A DNA stretch of 64,000 nucleotides, taken from NCBI GenBank assembly GCA_965178125.1, contig OZ237735.1, forward strand, positions 868,001-932,000, given 5' to 3'. This document shows positions 37,901-52,900 of this stretch, piece by piece. The notes beneath the pieces are model-generated. The model saw nothing but the letters and a program-made list of their open reading frames with translations, was not told the DNA's origin and searched no databases. Source of the stretch: Bilabrum cf. latius. Its lineage: Eukaryota. Every line of letters starts with the position of its first letter. The stretch's first letter is position 1. Position numbers and translations under genes: made by a program.

Positions 37901-40900
37901 TGACCCAGACGTGCCCGACCCTGCAAGCCCGCTGCCCACTGTCACGCTCCCGCTCAGACCCGCCGTGGACTTGCCAGATACCACCGACACCGTGCCCGAC
38001 GCTCCGGCAGACCCCACGCCATCCGCCGACCGCACCGTCACCAGCCCGCTCGTGGCCTCGCTGGCGCCCACGCCAGATGCCACGGACACCAGCCCGCCCG
38101 TGCTGGACGTGTCCGTCGACTCACCGCCGAACACGTACACCGACCCGCCCACGCCCGATGACGCCTTCGAAGACGTCACTGACACAGACCCAGACGCGCC
38201 CAGCGAGGACTCGCCGGCCGACAGCACCAGCCATCCCACAGACCCGGACCCCACGTTCCCGGACTCCACCAACACATGACCGCTGCTGCCCACGTGCGCC
38301 GCGCCGCTACGCAGCACCAGCCCGCCCGACGGGCCGCCGGAGCTCACGCCCGATCCCACCGTCACCGACCCAGACCCGGAGCTTGACGCAGACCCGGACT
38401 CCAGACTCACAGACCCAGACGACCCCTTCACGCCAGACCCAGATGACACAGACACAGACCCGGACTCGCCCACAGTCGCAGACCCAGACCCCACTGACAC
38501 TGACCCAGACGTGCCCGACCCTGCAAGCCCGCTGCCCACTGTCACGCTCCCGCTCAGACCCGCCGTGGACTTGCCAGATACCACCGACACCGTGCCCGAC
38601 GCTCCGGCAGACCCCACGCCATCCGCCGACCGCACCGTCACCAGCCCGCTCGTGGCCTCGCTGGCGCCCACGCCAGATGCCACGGACACCAGCCCGCCCG
38701 TGCTGGACGTGTCCGTCGACTCACCGCCGAACACGTACACCGACCCGCCCACGCCCGATGACGCCTTCGAAGACGTCACTGACACAGACCCAGACGCGCC
38801 CAGCGAGGACTCGCCGGCCGACAGCACCAGCCATCCCACAGACCCGGACCCCACGTTCCCGGACTCCACCAACACATGGCCGCTGCTGCCCACGTGCGCC
38901 GCGCCGCTACGCAGCACCAGCCCGCCCGACGGGCCGCCGGAGCTCACGCCCGATCCCACCGTCACCGACCCAGACCCGGAGCTTGACGCAGACCCGGACT
39001 CCAGACTCACAGACCCAGACGACCCCTTCACGCCAGACCCAGATGACACAGACACAGACCCAGACTCGCCCACCGTCGCAGACCCAGACCCCACTGACAC
39101 TGACCCAGACGTGCCCGACCCTGCAAGCCCGCTGCCCACTGTCACGCTCCCGCTCAGACCCGCCGTGGACTTGCCAGTTACAACCGACACCGTGCCCGAC
39201 GCTCCGTCAGACCCCACGCCATCCGCCGACCGCACCGTCACCAGCCCGCTCGTGGCCTCGCTGGCGCCCACGCCAGATGCCACGGACACCAGCCCGCCCG
39301 TGCTGGACGTGTCCGTCGACTCACCGCCGAACACGTACACCGACCCGCCCACGCCCGATGACGCCTTCGAAGACGTCACTGACACAGACCCAGACGCGCC
39401 CAGCGAGGACTCGCCGGCCGACAGCACCAGCCATCCCACAGACCCGGACCCCACGTTCCCGGACTCCACCAACACATGGCCGCTGCTGCCCACTGTGCTA
39501 GACCCGGTGCCAAGTCGCAGCGACCCAGATGACCCAGACCCTGCCGACCCGGTCAGGAACGATCCCGATCCACTATTGTCCTCGTACGCCCTGCCGCTAC
39601 GCAGCACCAGCCCGCCCGACGGGCCGCCGGAGCTCACGCCCGATCCCACCGTCACCGACCCAGACCCGGAGCTTGACGCAGACCCGGACTCCAGACTCAC
39701 AGACCCAGACGACCCCTTCACGCCAGACCCAGATGACACAGACACTGACCCAGACGTGCCCGACCCTGCAAGCCCGCTGCCCACTGTCACGCTCCCGCTC
39801 AGACCCGCCGTGGACTTGCCAGATACCACCGACACCGTGCCCGACGCTCCGTCAGACCCCACGCCATCCGCCGACCGCACCGTCACCAGCCCGCTCGTGG
39901 CCTCGCTGGCGCCCACGCCAGATGCCACGGACACCAGCCCGCCCGTGCTCGACGTGTCCGCCGACTCACCGCCGAACACGTACACCGACCCGCCCACGCC
40001 CGATGACGCCTTCGAAGACGTCACTGACACAGACCCAGACGCGCCCAGCGAGGACTCGCCGGCCGACAGCACCAGCCATCCCACAGACCCGGACCCCACG
40101 TTCCCGGACTCCACCAACACATGGCCGCTGCTGCCCACGTGCGCCGCGCCGCTACGCAGCACCAGCCCGCCCGACGGGCCGCCGGAGCTCACGCCCGATC
40201 CCACCGTCACCGACCCAGACCCGGAGCTTGACGCAGACCCGGACTCCAGACTCACAGACCCAGACGACCCCTTCACGCCAGACCCAGATGACACAGACAC
40301 AGACCCGGACTCGCCCACCGTCGCAGACCCAGACCCCACTGACACTGACCCAGACGTGCCCGACCCTGCAAGCCCGCTGCCCACTGTCACGCTCCCGCTC
40401 AGACCCGCCGTGGACTTGCCAGATACCACCGACACCGTGCCCGACGCTCCGGCAGACCCCACGCCATCCGCCGACCGCACCGTCACCAGCCCGCTCGTGG
40501 CCTCGCTGGCGCCCACGCCAGATGCCACGGACACCAGCCCGCCCGTGCTCGACGTGTCCGCCGACTCACCGCCGAACACGTACACCGACCCGCCCACGCC
40601 CGATGACGCCTTCGAAGACGTCACTGACACAGACCCAGACGCGCCCAGCGAGGACTCGCCGGCCGACAGCACCAGCCATCCCACAGACCCGGACCCCACG
40701 TTCCCGGACTCCACCAACACATGGCCGCTGCTGCCCACGTGCGCCGCGCCGCTACGCAGCACCAGCCCGCCCGACGGGCCGCCGGAGCTCACGCCCGATC
40801 CCACCGTCACCGACCCAGACCCGGAGCTTGACGCAGACCCGGACTCCAGACTCACAGACCCAGACGACCCCTTCACGCCAGACCCAGATGACACAGACAC

Positions 40901-43900
40901 AGACCCGGACTCGCCCACCGTCGCAGACCCAGACCCCACTGACACTGACCCAGACGTGCCCGACCCTGCAAGCCCGCTGCCCACTGTCACGCTCCCGCTC
41001 AGACCCGCCGTGGACTTGCCAGATACCACCGACACCGTGCCCGACGCTCCGGCAGACCCCACGCCATCCGCCGACCGCACCGTCACCAGCCCGCTCGTGG
41101 CCTCGCTGGCGCCCACGCCAGATGCCACGGACACCAGCCCGCCCGTGCTCGACGTGTCCGCCGACTCACCGCCGAACACGTACACCGACCCGCCCACGCC
41201 CGATGACGCCTTCGAAGACGTCACTGACACAGACCCAGACGCGCCCAGCGAGGACTCGCCGGCCGACAGCACCAGCCATCCCACAGACCCGGACCCCACG
41301 TTCCCGGACTCCACCAACACATGACCGCTGCTGCCCACGTGCGCCGCGCCGCTACGCAGCACCAGCCCGCCCGACGGGCCGCCGGAGCTCACGCCCGATC
41401 CCACCGTCACCGACCCAGACCCGGAGCTTGACGCAGACCCGGACTCCAGACTCACAGACCCAGACGACCCCTTCACGCCAGACCCAGATGACACAGACAC
41501 AGACCCGGACTCGCCCACCGTCGCAGACCCAGACCCCACTGACACTGACCCAGACGTGCCCGACCCTGCAAGCCCGCTGCCCACTGTCACGCTCCCGCTC
41601 AGACCCGCCGTGGACTTGCCAGATACCACCGACACCGTGCCCGACGCTCCGGCAGACCCCACGCCATCCGCCGACCGCACCGTCACCAGCCCGCTCGTGG
41701 CCTCGCTGGCGCCCACGCCAGATGCCACGGACACCAGCCCGCCCGTGCTCGACGTGTCCGTCGACTCACCGCCGAACACGTACACCGACCCGCCCACGCC
41801 CGATGACGCCTTCGAAGACGTCACTGACACAGACCCAGACGCGCCCAGCGAGGACTCGCCGGCCGACAGCACCAGCCATCCCACAGACCCGGACCCCACG
41901 TTCCCGGACTCCACCAACACATGGCCGCTGCTGCCCACATGCGCCGCGCCGCTACGCAGCACCAGCCCGCCCGACGGGCCGCCGGAGCTCACGCCCGATC
42001 CCACCGTCACCGACCCAGACCCGGAGCTTGACGCAGACCCGGACTCCAGACTCACAGACCCCGACGACCCCTTCACGCCAGACCCAGATGACACAGACAC
42101 AGACCCGGACTCGCCCACCGTCGCAGACCCAGACCCCACTGACACTGACCCAGACGTGCCCGACCCTGCAAGCCCGCTGCCCACTGTCACGCTCCCGCTC
42201 AGACCCGCCGTGGACTTGCCAGATACCACCGACACCGTGCCCGACGCTCCGGCAGACCCCACGCCATCCGCCGACCGCACCGTCACCAGCCCGCTCGTGG
42301 CCTCGCTGGCGCCCACGCCAGATGCCACGGACACCAGCCCGCCCGTGCTGGACGTGTCCGTCGACTCACCGCCGAACACGTACACCGACCCGCCCACGCC
42401 CGATGACGCCTTCGAAGACGTCACTGACACAGACCCAGACGCGCCCAGCGAGGACTCGCCGGCCGACAGCACCAGCCATCCCACAGACCCGGACCCCACG
42501 TTCCCGGACTCCACCAACACATGGCCGCTGCTGCCCACATGCGCCGCGCCGCTACGCAGCACCAGCCCGCCCGACGGGCCGCCGGAGCTCACGCCCGATC
42601 CCACCGTCACCGACCCAGACCCGGAGCTTGACGCAGACCCGGACTCCAGACTCACAGACCCAGACGACCCCTTCACGCCAGACCCAGATGACACAGACAC
42701 AGACCCGGACTCGCCCACCGTCGCAGACCCAGACCCCACTGACACTGACCCAGACGTGCCCGACCCTGCAAGCCCGCTGCCCACTGTCACGCTCCCGCTC
42801 AGACCCGCCGTGGACTTGCCAGATACCACCGACACCGTGCCCGACGCTCCGTCAGACCCCACGCCATCCGCCGACCGCACCGTCACCAGCCCGCTCGTGG
42901 CCTCGCTGGCGCCCACGCCAGATGCCACGGACACCAGCCCGCCCGTGCTGGACGTGTCCGTCGACTCACCGCCAAACACGTACACCGACCCGCCCACGCC
43001 CGATGACGCCTTCGAAGACGTCACTGACACAGACCCAGACGCGCCCAGCGAGGACTCGCCGGCCGACAGCACCAGCCATCCCACAGACCCGGACCCCACG
43101 TTCCCGGACTCCACCAACACATGGCCGCTGCTGCCCACATGCGCCGCGCCGCTACGCAGCACCAGCCCGCCCGACGGGCCGCCGGAGCTCACGCCCGATC
43201 CCATCGTCACCGACCCAGACCCGGAGCTTGACGCAGACCCGGACTCCAGACTCACAGACCCAGACGACCCCTTCACGCCAGACCCAGATGACACAGACAC
43301 AGACCCGGACTCGCCCACCGTCGCAGACCCAGACCCCACTGACACTGACCCAGACGTGCCCGACCCTGCAAGCCCGCTGCCCACTGTCACGCTCCCGCTC
43401 AGACCCGCCGTGGACTTGCCAGATACCACCGACACCGTGCCCGACGCTCCGGCAGACCCCACGCCATCCGCCGACCGCACCGTCACCAGCCCGCTCGTGG
43501 CCTCGCTGGCGCCCACGCCAGATGCCACGGACACCAGCCCGCCCGTGCTCGACGTGTCCGTCGACTCACCGCCGAACACGTACACCGACCCGCCCACGCC
43601 CGATGACGCCTTCGAAGACGTCACTGACACAGACCCAGACGCGCCCAGCGAGGACTCGCCGGCCGACAGCACCAGCCATCCCACAGACCCGGACCCCACG
43701 TTCCCGGACTCCACCAACACATGGCCGCTGCTGCCCACGTGCGCCGCGCCGCTACGCAGCACCAGCCCGCCCGACGGGCCGCCGGAGCTCACGCCCGATC
43801 CCACCGTCACCGACCCAGACCCGGAGCTTGACGCAGACCCGGACTCCAGACTCACAGACCCAGACGACCCCTTCACGCCAGACCCAGATGACACAGACAC

Positions 43901-46900
43901 AGACCCGGACTCGCCCACCGTCGCAGACCCAGACCCCACTGACACTGACCCAGACGTGCCCGACCCTGCAAGCCCGCTGCCCACTGTCACGCTCCCGCTC
44001 AGACCCGCCGTGGACTTGCCAGATACCACCGACACCGTGCCCGACGCTCCGTCAGACCCCACGCCATCCGCCGACCGCACCGTCACCAGCCCGCTCGTGG
44101 CCTCGCTGGCGCCCACGCCAGATGCCACGGACACCAGCCCGCCCGTGCTGGACGTGTCCGCCGACTCACCGCCGAACACGTACACCGACCCGCCCACGCC
44201 CGATGACGCCTTCGAAGACGTCACTGACACAGACCCAGACGCGCCCAGCGAGGACTCGCCGGCCGACAGCACCAGCCATCCCACAGACCCGGACCCCACG
44301 TTCCCGGACTCCACCAACACATGACCGCTGCTGCCCACGTGCGCCGCGCCGCTACGCAGCACCAGCCCGCCCGACGGGCCGCCGGAGCTCACGCCCGATC
44401 CCACCGTCACCGACCCAGACCCGGAGCTTGACGCAGACCCGGACTCCAGACTCACAGACCCAGACGACCCCTTCACGCCAGACCCAGATGACACAGACAC
44501 AGACCCGGACTCGCCCACCGTCGCAGACCCAGACCCCACTGACACTGACCCAGACGTGCCCGACCCTGCAAGCCCGCTGCCCACTGTCACGCTCCCGCTC
44601 AGACCCGCCGTGGACTTGCCAGATACCACCGACACCGTGCCCGACGCTCCGTCAGACCCCACGCCATCCGCCGACCGCACCGTCACCAGCCCGCTCGTGG
44701 CCTCGCTGGCGCCCACGCCAGATGCCACGGACACCAGCCCGCCCGTGCTGGACGTGTCCGTCGACTCACCGCCGAACACGTACACCGACCCGCCCACGCC
44801 CGATGACGCCTTCGAAGACGTCACTGACACAGACCCAGACGCGCCCAGCGAGGACTCGCCGGCCGACAGCACCAGCCATCCCACAGACCCGGACCCCACG
44901 TTCCCGGACTCCACCAACACATGACCGCTGCTGCCCACGTGCGCCGCGCCGCTACGCAGCACCAGCCCGCCCGACGGGCCGCCGGAGCTCACGCCCGATC
45001 CCACCGTCACCGACCCAGACCCGGAGCTTGACGCAGACCCGGACTCCAGACTCACAGACCCAGACGACCCCTTCACGCCAGACCCAGATGACACAGACAC
45101 AGACCCGGACTCGCCCACCGTCGCAGACCCAGACCCCACTGACACTGACCCAGACGTGCCCGACCCTGCAAGCCCGCTGCCCACTGTCACGCTCCCGCTC
45201 AGACCCGCCGTGGACTTGCCAGATACCACCGACACCGTGCCCGACGCTCCGGCAGACCCCACGCCATCCGCCGACCGCACCGTCACCAGCCCGCTCGTGG
45301 CCTCGCTGGCGCCCACGCCAGATGCCACGGACACCAGCCCGCCCGTGCTGGACGTGTCCGTCGACTCACCGCCAAACACGTACACCGACCCGCCCACGCC
45401 CGATGACGCCTTCGAAGACGTCACTGACACAGACCCAGACGCGCCCAGCGAGGACTCGCCGGCCGACAGCACCAGCCATCCCACAGACCCGGACCCCACG
45501 TTCCCGGACTCCACCAACACATGGCCGCTGCTGCCCACGTGCGCCGCGCCGCTACGCAGCACCAGCCCGCCCGACGGGCCGCCGGAGCTCACGCCCGATC
45601 CCACCGTCACCGACCCAGACCCGGAGCTTGACGCAGACCCGGACTCCAGACTCACAGACCCAGACGACCCCTTCACGCCAGACCCAGATGACACAGACAC
45701 AGACCCGGACTCGCCCACAGTCGCAGACCCAGACCCCACTGACACTGACCCAGACGTGCCCGACCCTGCAAGCCCGCTGCCCACTGTCACGCTCCCGCTC
45801 AGACCCGCCGTGGACTTGCCAGATACCACCGACACCGTGCCCGACGCTCCGTCAGATCCCACGCCATCCGCCGACCGCACCGTCACCAGCCCGCTCGTGG
45901 CCTCGCCGGCGCCCACGCCAGATGCCACGGACACCAGCCCGCCCGTGCTCGACGTGTCCGTCGACTCACCGCCGAACACGTACACCGACCCGCCCACGCC
46001 CGATGACGCCTTCGAAGACGTCACTGACACAGACCCAGACGCGCCCAGCGAGGACTCGCCGGCCGACAGCACCAGCCATCCCACAGACCCGGACCCCACG
46101 TTCCCGGACTCCACCAACACATGGCCGCTGCTGCCCACATGCGCCGCGCCGCTACGCAGCACCAGCCCGCCCGACGGGCCGCCGGAGCTCACGCCCGATC
46201 CCACCGTCACCGACCCAGACCCGGAGCTTGACGCAGACCCGGACTCCAGACTCACAGACCCCGACGACCCCTTCACGCCAGACCCAGATGACACAGACAC
46301 AGACCCGGACTCGCCCACCGTCGCAGAACCAGACCCCACTGACACTGACCCAGACGTGCCCGACCCTGCAAGCCCGCTGCCCACTGTCACGCTCCCGCTC
46401 AGACCCGCCGTGGACTTGCCAGATACCACCGACACCGTGCCCGACGCTCCGTCAGACCCCACGCCATCCGCCGACCGCACCGTCACCAGCCCGCTCGTGG
46501 CCTCGCTGGCGCCCACGCCAGATGCCACGGACACCAGCCCGCCCGTGCTGGACGTGTCCGCCGACTCACCGCCGAACACGTACACCGACCCGCCCACGCC
46601 CGATGACGCCTTCGAAGACGTCACTGACACAGACCCAGACGCGCCCAGCGAGGACTCGCCGGCCGACAGCACCAGCCATCCCACAGACCCGGACCCCACG
46701 TTCCCGGACTCCACCAACACATGGCCGCTGCTGCCCACGTGCGCCGCGCCGCTACGCAGCACCAGCCCGCCCGACGGGCCGCCGGAGCTCACGCCCGATC
46801 CCACCGTCACCGACCCAGACCCGGAGCTTGACGCAGACCCGGACTCCAGACTCACAGACCCAGACGACCCCTTCACGCCAGACCCAGATGACACAGACAC

Positions 46901-49900
46901 AGACCCGGACTCGCCCACCGTCGCAGACCCAGATCCCACTGACACTGACCCAGACGTGCCCGACCCTGCAAGCCCGCTGCCCACTGTCACGCTCCCGCTC
47001 AGACCCGCCGTGGACTTGCCAGATACCACCGACACCGTGCCCGACGCTCCGTCAGACCCCACGCCATCCGCCGACCGCACCGTCACCAGCCCGCTCGTGG
47101 CCTCGCCGGCGCCCACGCCAGATGCCACGGACACCAGCCCGCCCGTGCTGGACGTGTCCGTCGACTCACCGCCGAACACGTACACCGACCCGCCCACGCC
47201 CGATGACGCCTTCGAAGACGTCACTGACACAGACCCAGACGCGCCCAGCGAGGACTCGCCGGCCGACAGCACCAGCCATCCCACAGACCCGGACCCCACG
47301 TTCCCGGACTCCACCAACACATGGCCGCTGCTGCCCACGTGCGCCGCGCCGCTACGCAGCACCAGCCCGCCCGACGGGCCGCCGGAGCTCACGCCCGATC
47401 CCACCGTCACCGACCCAGACCCGGAGCTTGACGCAGACCCGGACTCCAGACTCACAGACCCAGACGACCCCTTCACGCCAGACCCAGATGACACAGACAC
47501 AGACCCGGACTCGCCTACCGTCGCAGACCCAGACCCCACTGACACTGACCCAGACGTGCCCGACCCTGCAAGCCCGCTGCCCACTGTCACGCTCCCGCTC
47601 AGACCCGCCGTGGACTTGCCAGATACCACCGACACCGTGCCCGACGCTCCGTCAGACCCCACGCCATCCGCCGACCGCACCGTCACCAGCCCGCTCGTGG
47701 CCTCGCTGGCGCCCACGCCAGATGCCACGGACACCAGCCCGCCCGTGCTCGACGTGTCCGTCGACTCACCGCCGAACACGTACACCGACCCGCCCACGCC
47801 CGATGACGCCTTCGAAGACGTCACTGACACAGACCCAGACGCGCCCAGCGAGGACTCGCCGGCCGACAGCACCAGCCATCCCACAGACCCGGACCCCACG
47901 TTCCCGGACTCCACCAACACATGGCCGCTGCTGCCCACGTGCGCCGCGCCGCTACGCAGCACCAGCCCGCCCGACGGGCCGCCGGAGCTCACGCCCGATC
48001 CCACCGTCACCGACCCAGACCCGGAGCTTGACGCAGACCCGGACTCCAGACTCACAGACCCAGACGACCCCTTCACGCCAGACCCAGATGACACAGACAC
48101 AGACCCGGACTCGCCCACCGTCGCAGACCCAGACCCCACTGACACTGACCCAGACGTGCCCGACCCTGCAAGCCCGCTGCCCACTGTCACGCTCCCGCTC
48201 AGACCCGCCGTGGACTTGCCAGATACCACCGACACCGTGCCCGACGCTCCGTCAGACCCCACGCCATCCGCCGACCGCACCGTCACCAGCCCGCTCGTGG
48301 CCTCGCTGGCGCCCACGCCAGATGCCACGGACACCAGCCCGCCCGTGCTGGACGTGTCCGTCGACTCACCGCCGAACACGTACACCGACCCGCCCACGCC
48401 CGATGACGCCTTCGAAGACGTCACTGACACAGACCCAGACGCGCCCAGCGAGGACTCGCCGGCCGACAGCACCAGCCATCCCACAGACCCGGACCCCACG
48501 TTCCCGGACTCCACCAACACATGACCGCTGCTGCCCACGTGCGCCGCGCCGCTACGCAGCACCAGCCCGCCCGACGGGCCGCCGGAGCTCACGCCCGATC
48601 CCACCGTCACCGACCCAGACCCGGAGCTTGACGCAGACCCGGACTCCAGACTCACAGACCCAGACGACCCCTTCACGCCAGACCCAGATGACACAGACAC
48701 AGACCCGGACTCGCCCACCGTCGCAGACCCGGACCCCACTGACACTGACCCAGACGTGCCCGACCCTGCAAGCCCGCTGCCCACTGTCACGCTCCCGCTC
48801 AGACCCGCCGTGGACTTGCCAGATACCACCGACACCGTGCCCGACGCTCCGTCAGACCCCACGCCATCCGCCGACCGCACCGTCACCAGCCCGCTCGTGG
48901 CCTCGCTGGCGCCCACGCCAGATGCCACGGACACCAGCCCGCCCGTGCTCGACGTGTCCGTCGACTCACCGCCGAACACGTACACCGACCCGCCCACGCC
49001 CGATGACGCCTTCGAAGACGTCACTGACACAGACCCAGACGCGCCCAGCGAGGACTCGCCGGCCGACAGCACCAGCCATCCCACAGACCCGGACCCCACG
49101 TTCCCGGACTCCACCAACACATGGCCGCTGCTGCCCACGTGCGCCGCGCCGCTACGCAGCACCAGCCCGCCCGACGGGCCGCCGGAGCTCACGCCCGATC
49201 CCACCGTCACCGACCCAGACCCGGAGCTTGACGCAGACCCGGACTCCAGACTCACAGACCCAGACGACCCCTTCACGCCAGACCCAGATGACACAGACAC
49301 AGACCCGGACTCGCCCACCGTCGCAGACCCAGACCCCACTGACACTGACCCAGACGTGCCCGACCCTGCAAGCCCGCTGCCCACCGTCACGCTCCCGCTC
49401 AGACCCGCCGTGGACTTGCCAGATACCACCGACACCGTGCCCGACGCTCCGTCAGACCCCACGCCATCCGCCGACCGCACCGTCACCAGCCCGCTCGTGG
49501 CCTCGCTGGCGCCCACGCCAGATGCCACGGACACCAGCCCGCCCGTGCTGGACGTGTCCGCCGACTCACCGCCGAACACGTACACCGACCCGCCCACGCC
49601 CGATGACGCCTTCGAAGACGTCACTGACACAGACCCAGACGCGCCCAGCGAGGACTCGCCGGCCGACAGCACCAGCCATCCCACAGACCCGGACCCCACG
49701 TTCCCGGACTCCACCAACACATGACCGCTGCTGCCCACGTGCGCCGCGCCGCTACGCAGCACCAGCCCGCCCGACGGGCCGCCGGAGCTCACGCCCGATC
49801 CCACCGTCACCGACCCAGACCCGGAGCTTGACGCAGACCCGGACTCCAGACTCACAGACCCAGACGACCCCTTCACGCCAGACCCAGATGACACAGACAC

Positions 49901-52900
49901 AGACCCGGACTCGCCCACCGTCGCAGACCCAGACCCCACTGACACTGACCCAGACGTGCCCGACCCTGCAAGCCCGCTGCCCACCGTCACGCTCCCGCTC
50001 AGACCCGCCGTGGACTTGCCAGATACCACCGACACCGTGCCCGACGCTCCGTCAGACCCCACGCCATCCGCCGACCGCACCGTCACCAGCCCGCTCGTGG
50101 CCTCGCTGGCGCCCACGCCAGATGCCACGGACACCAGCCCGCCCGTGCTGGACGTGTCCGTCGACTCACCGCCGAACACGTACACCGACCCGCCCACGCC
50201 CGATGACGCCTTCGAAGACGTCACTGACACAGACCCAGACGCGCCCAGCGAGGACTCGCCGGCCGACAGCACCAGCCATCCCACAGACCCGGACCCCACG
50301 TTCCCGGACTCCACCAACACATGGCCGCTGCTGCCCACATGCGCCGCGCCGCTACGCAGCACCAGCCCGCCCGACGGGCCGCCGGAGCTCACGCCCGATC
50401 CCACCGTCACCGACCCAGACCCGGAGCTTGACGCAGACCCGGACTCCAGACTCACAGACCCAGACGACCCCTTCACGCCAGACCCAGATGACACAGACAC
50501 AGACCCGGACTCGCCCACAGTCGCAGACCCAGACCCCACTGACACTGACCCAGACGTGCCCGACCCTACAAGCCCGCTGCCCACTGTCACGCTCCCGCTC
50601 AGACCCGCCGTGGACTTGCCAGATACCACCGACACCGTGCCCGACGCTCCGGCAGACCCCACGCCATCCGCCGACCGCACCGTCACCAGCCCGCTCGTGG
50701 CCTCGCTGGCGCCCACGCCAGATGCCACGGACACCAGCCCGCCCGTGCTGGACGTGTCCGTCGACTCACCGCCGAACACGTACACCGACCCGCCCACGCC
50801 CGATGACGCCTTCGAAGACGTCACTGACACAGACCCAGACGCGCCCAGCGAGGACTCGCCGGCCGACAGCACCAGCCATCCCACAGACCCGGACCCCACG
50901 TTCCCGGACTCCACCAACACATGGCCGCTGCTGCCCACGTGCGCCGCGCCGCTACGCAGCACCAGCCCGCCCGACGGGCCGCCGGAGCTCACGCCCGATC
51001 CCACCGTCACCGACCCAGACCCGGAGCTTGACGCAGACCCGGACTCCAGACTCACAGACCCAGACGACCCCTTCACGCCAGACCCAGATGACACAGACAC
51101 AGACCCGGACTCGCCCACCGTCGCAGACCCAGACCCCACTGACACTGACCCAGACGTGCCCGACCCTGCAAGCCCGCTGCCCACTGTCACGCTCCCGCTC
51201 AGACCCGCCGTGGACTTGCCAGATACCACCGACACCGTGCCCGACGCTCCGTCAGACCCCACGCCATCCGCCGACCGCACCGTCACCAGCCCGCTCGTGG
51301 CCTCGCTGGCGCCCACGCCAGATGCCACGGACACCAGCCCGCCCGTGCTGGACGTGTCCGTCGACTCACCGCCAAACACGTACACCGACCCGCCCACGCC
51401 CGATGACGCCTTCGAAGACGTCACTGACACAGACCCAGACGCGCCCAGCGAGGACTCGCCGGCCGACAGCACCAGCCATCCCACAGACCCGGACCCCACG
51501 TTCCCGGACTCCACCAACACATGGCCGCTGCTGCCCACATGCGCCGCGCCGCTACGCAGCACCAGCCCGCCCGACGGGCCGCCGGAGCTCACGCCCGATC
51601 CCACCGTCACCGACCCAGACCCGGAGCTTGACGCAGACCCGGACTCCAGACTCACAGACCCAGACGACCCCTTCACGCCAGACCCAGATGACACAGACAC
51701 AGACCCGGACTCGCCCACCGTCGCAGACCCAGACCCCACTGACACTGACCCAGACGTGCCCGACCCTGCAAGCCCGCTGCCCACTGTCACGCTCCCGCTC
51801 AGACCCGCCGTGGACTTGCCAGATACCACCGACACCGTGCCTGACGCTCCGTCAGACCCCACGCCATCCGCCGACCGCACCGTCACCAGCCCGCTCGTGG
51901 CCTCGCTGGCGCCCACGCCAGATGCCACGGACACCAGCCCGCCCGTGCTGGACGTGTCCGTCGACTCACCGCCAAACACGTACACCGACCCGCCCACGCC
52001 CGATGACGCCTTCGAAGACGTCACTGACACAGACCCAGACGCGCCCAGCGAGGACTCGCCGGCCGACAGCACCAGCCATCCCACAGACCCGGACCCCACG
52101 TTCCCGGACTCCACCAACACATGGCCGCTGCTGCCCACGTGCGCCGCGCCGCTACGCAGCACCAGCCCGCCCGACGGGCCGCCGGAGCTCACGCCCGATC
52201 CCACCGTCACCGACCCAGACCCGGAGCTTGACGCAGACCCGGACTCCAGACTCACAGACCCAGACGACCCCTTCACGCCAGACCCAGATGACACAGACAC
52301 AGACCCGGACTCGCCCACCGTCGCAGACCCAGACCCCACTGACACTGACCCAGACGTGCCCGACCCTGCAAGCCCGCTGCCCACTGTCACGCTCCCGCTC
52401 AGACCCGCCGTGGACTTGCCAGATACCACCGACACCGTGCCTGACGCTCCGTCAGACCCCACGCCATCCGCCGACCGCACCGTCACCAGCCCGCTCGTGG
52501 CCTCGCTGGCGCCCACGCCAGATGCCACGGACACCAGCCCGCCCGTGCTCGACGTGTCCGTCGACTCACCGCCGAACACGTACACCGACCCGCCCACGCC
52601 CGATGACGCCTTCGAAGACGTCACTGACACAGACCCAGACGCGCCCAGCGAGGACTCGCCGGCCGACAGCACCAGCCATCCCACAGACCCGGACCCCACG
52701 TTCCCGGACTCCACCAACACATGGCCGCTGCTGCCCACGTGCGCCGCGCCGCTACGCAGCACCAGCCCGCCCGACGGGCCGCCGGAGCTCACGCCCGATC
52801 CCACCGTCACCGACCCAGACCCGGAGCTTGACGCAGACCCGGACTCCAGACTCACAGACCCAGACGACCCCTTCACGCCAGACCCAGATGACACAGACAC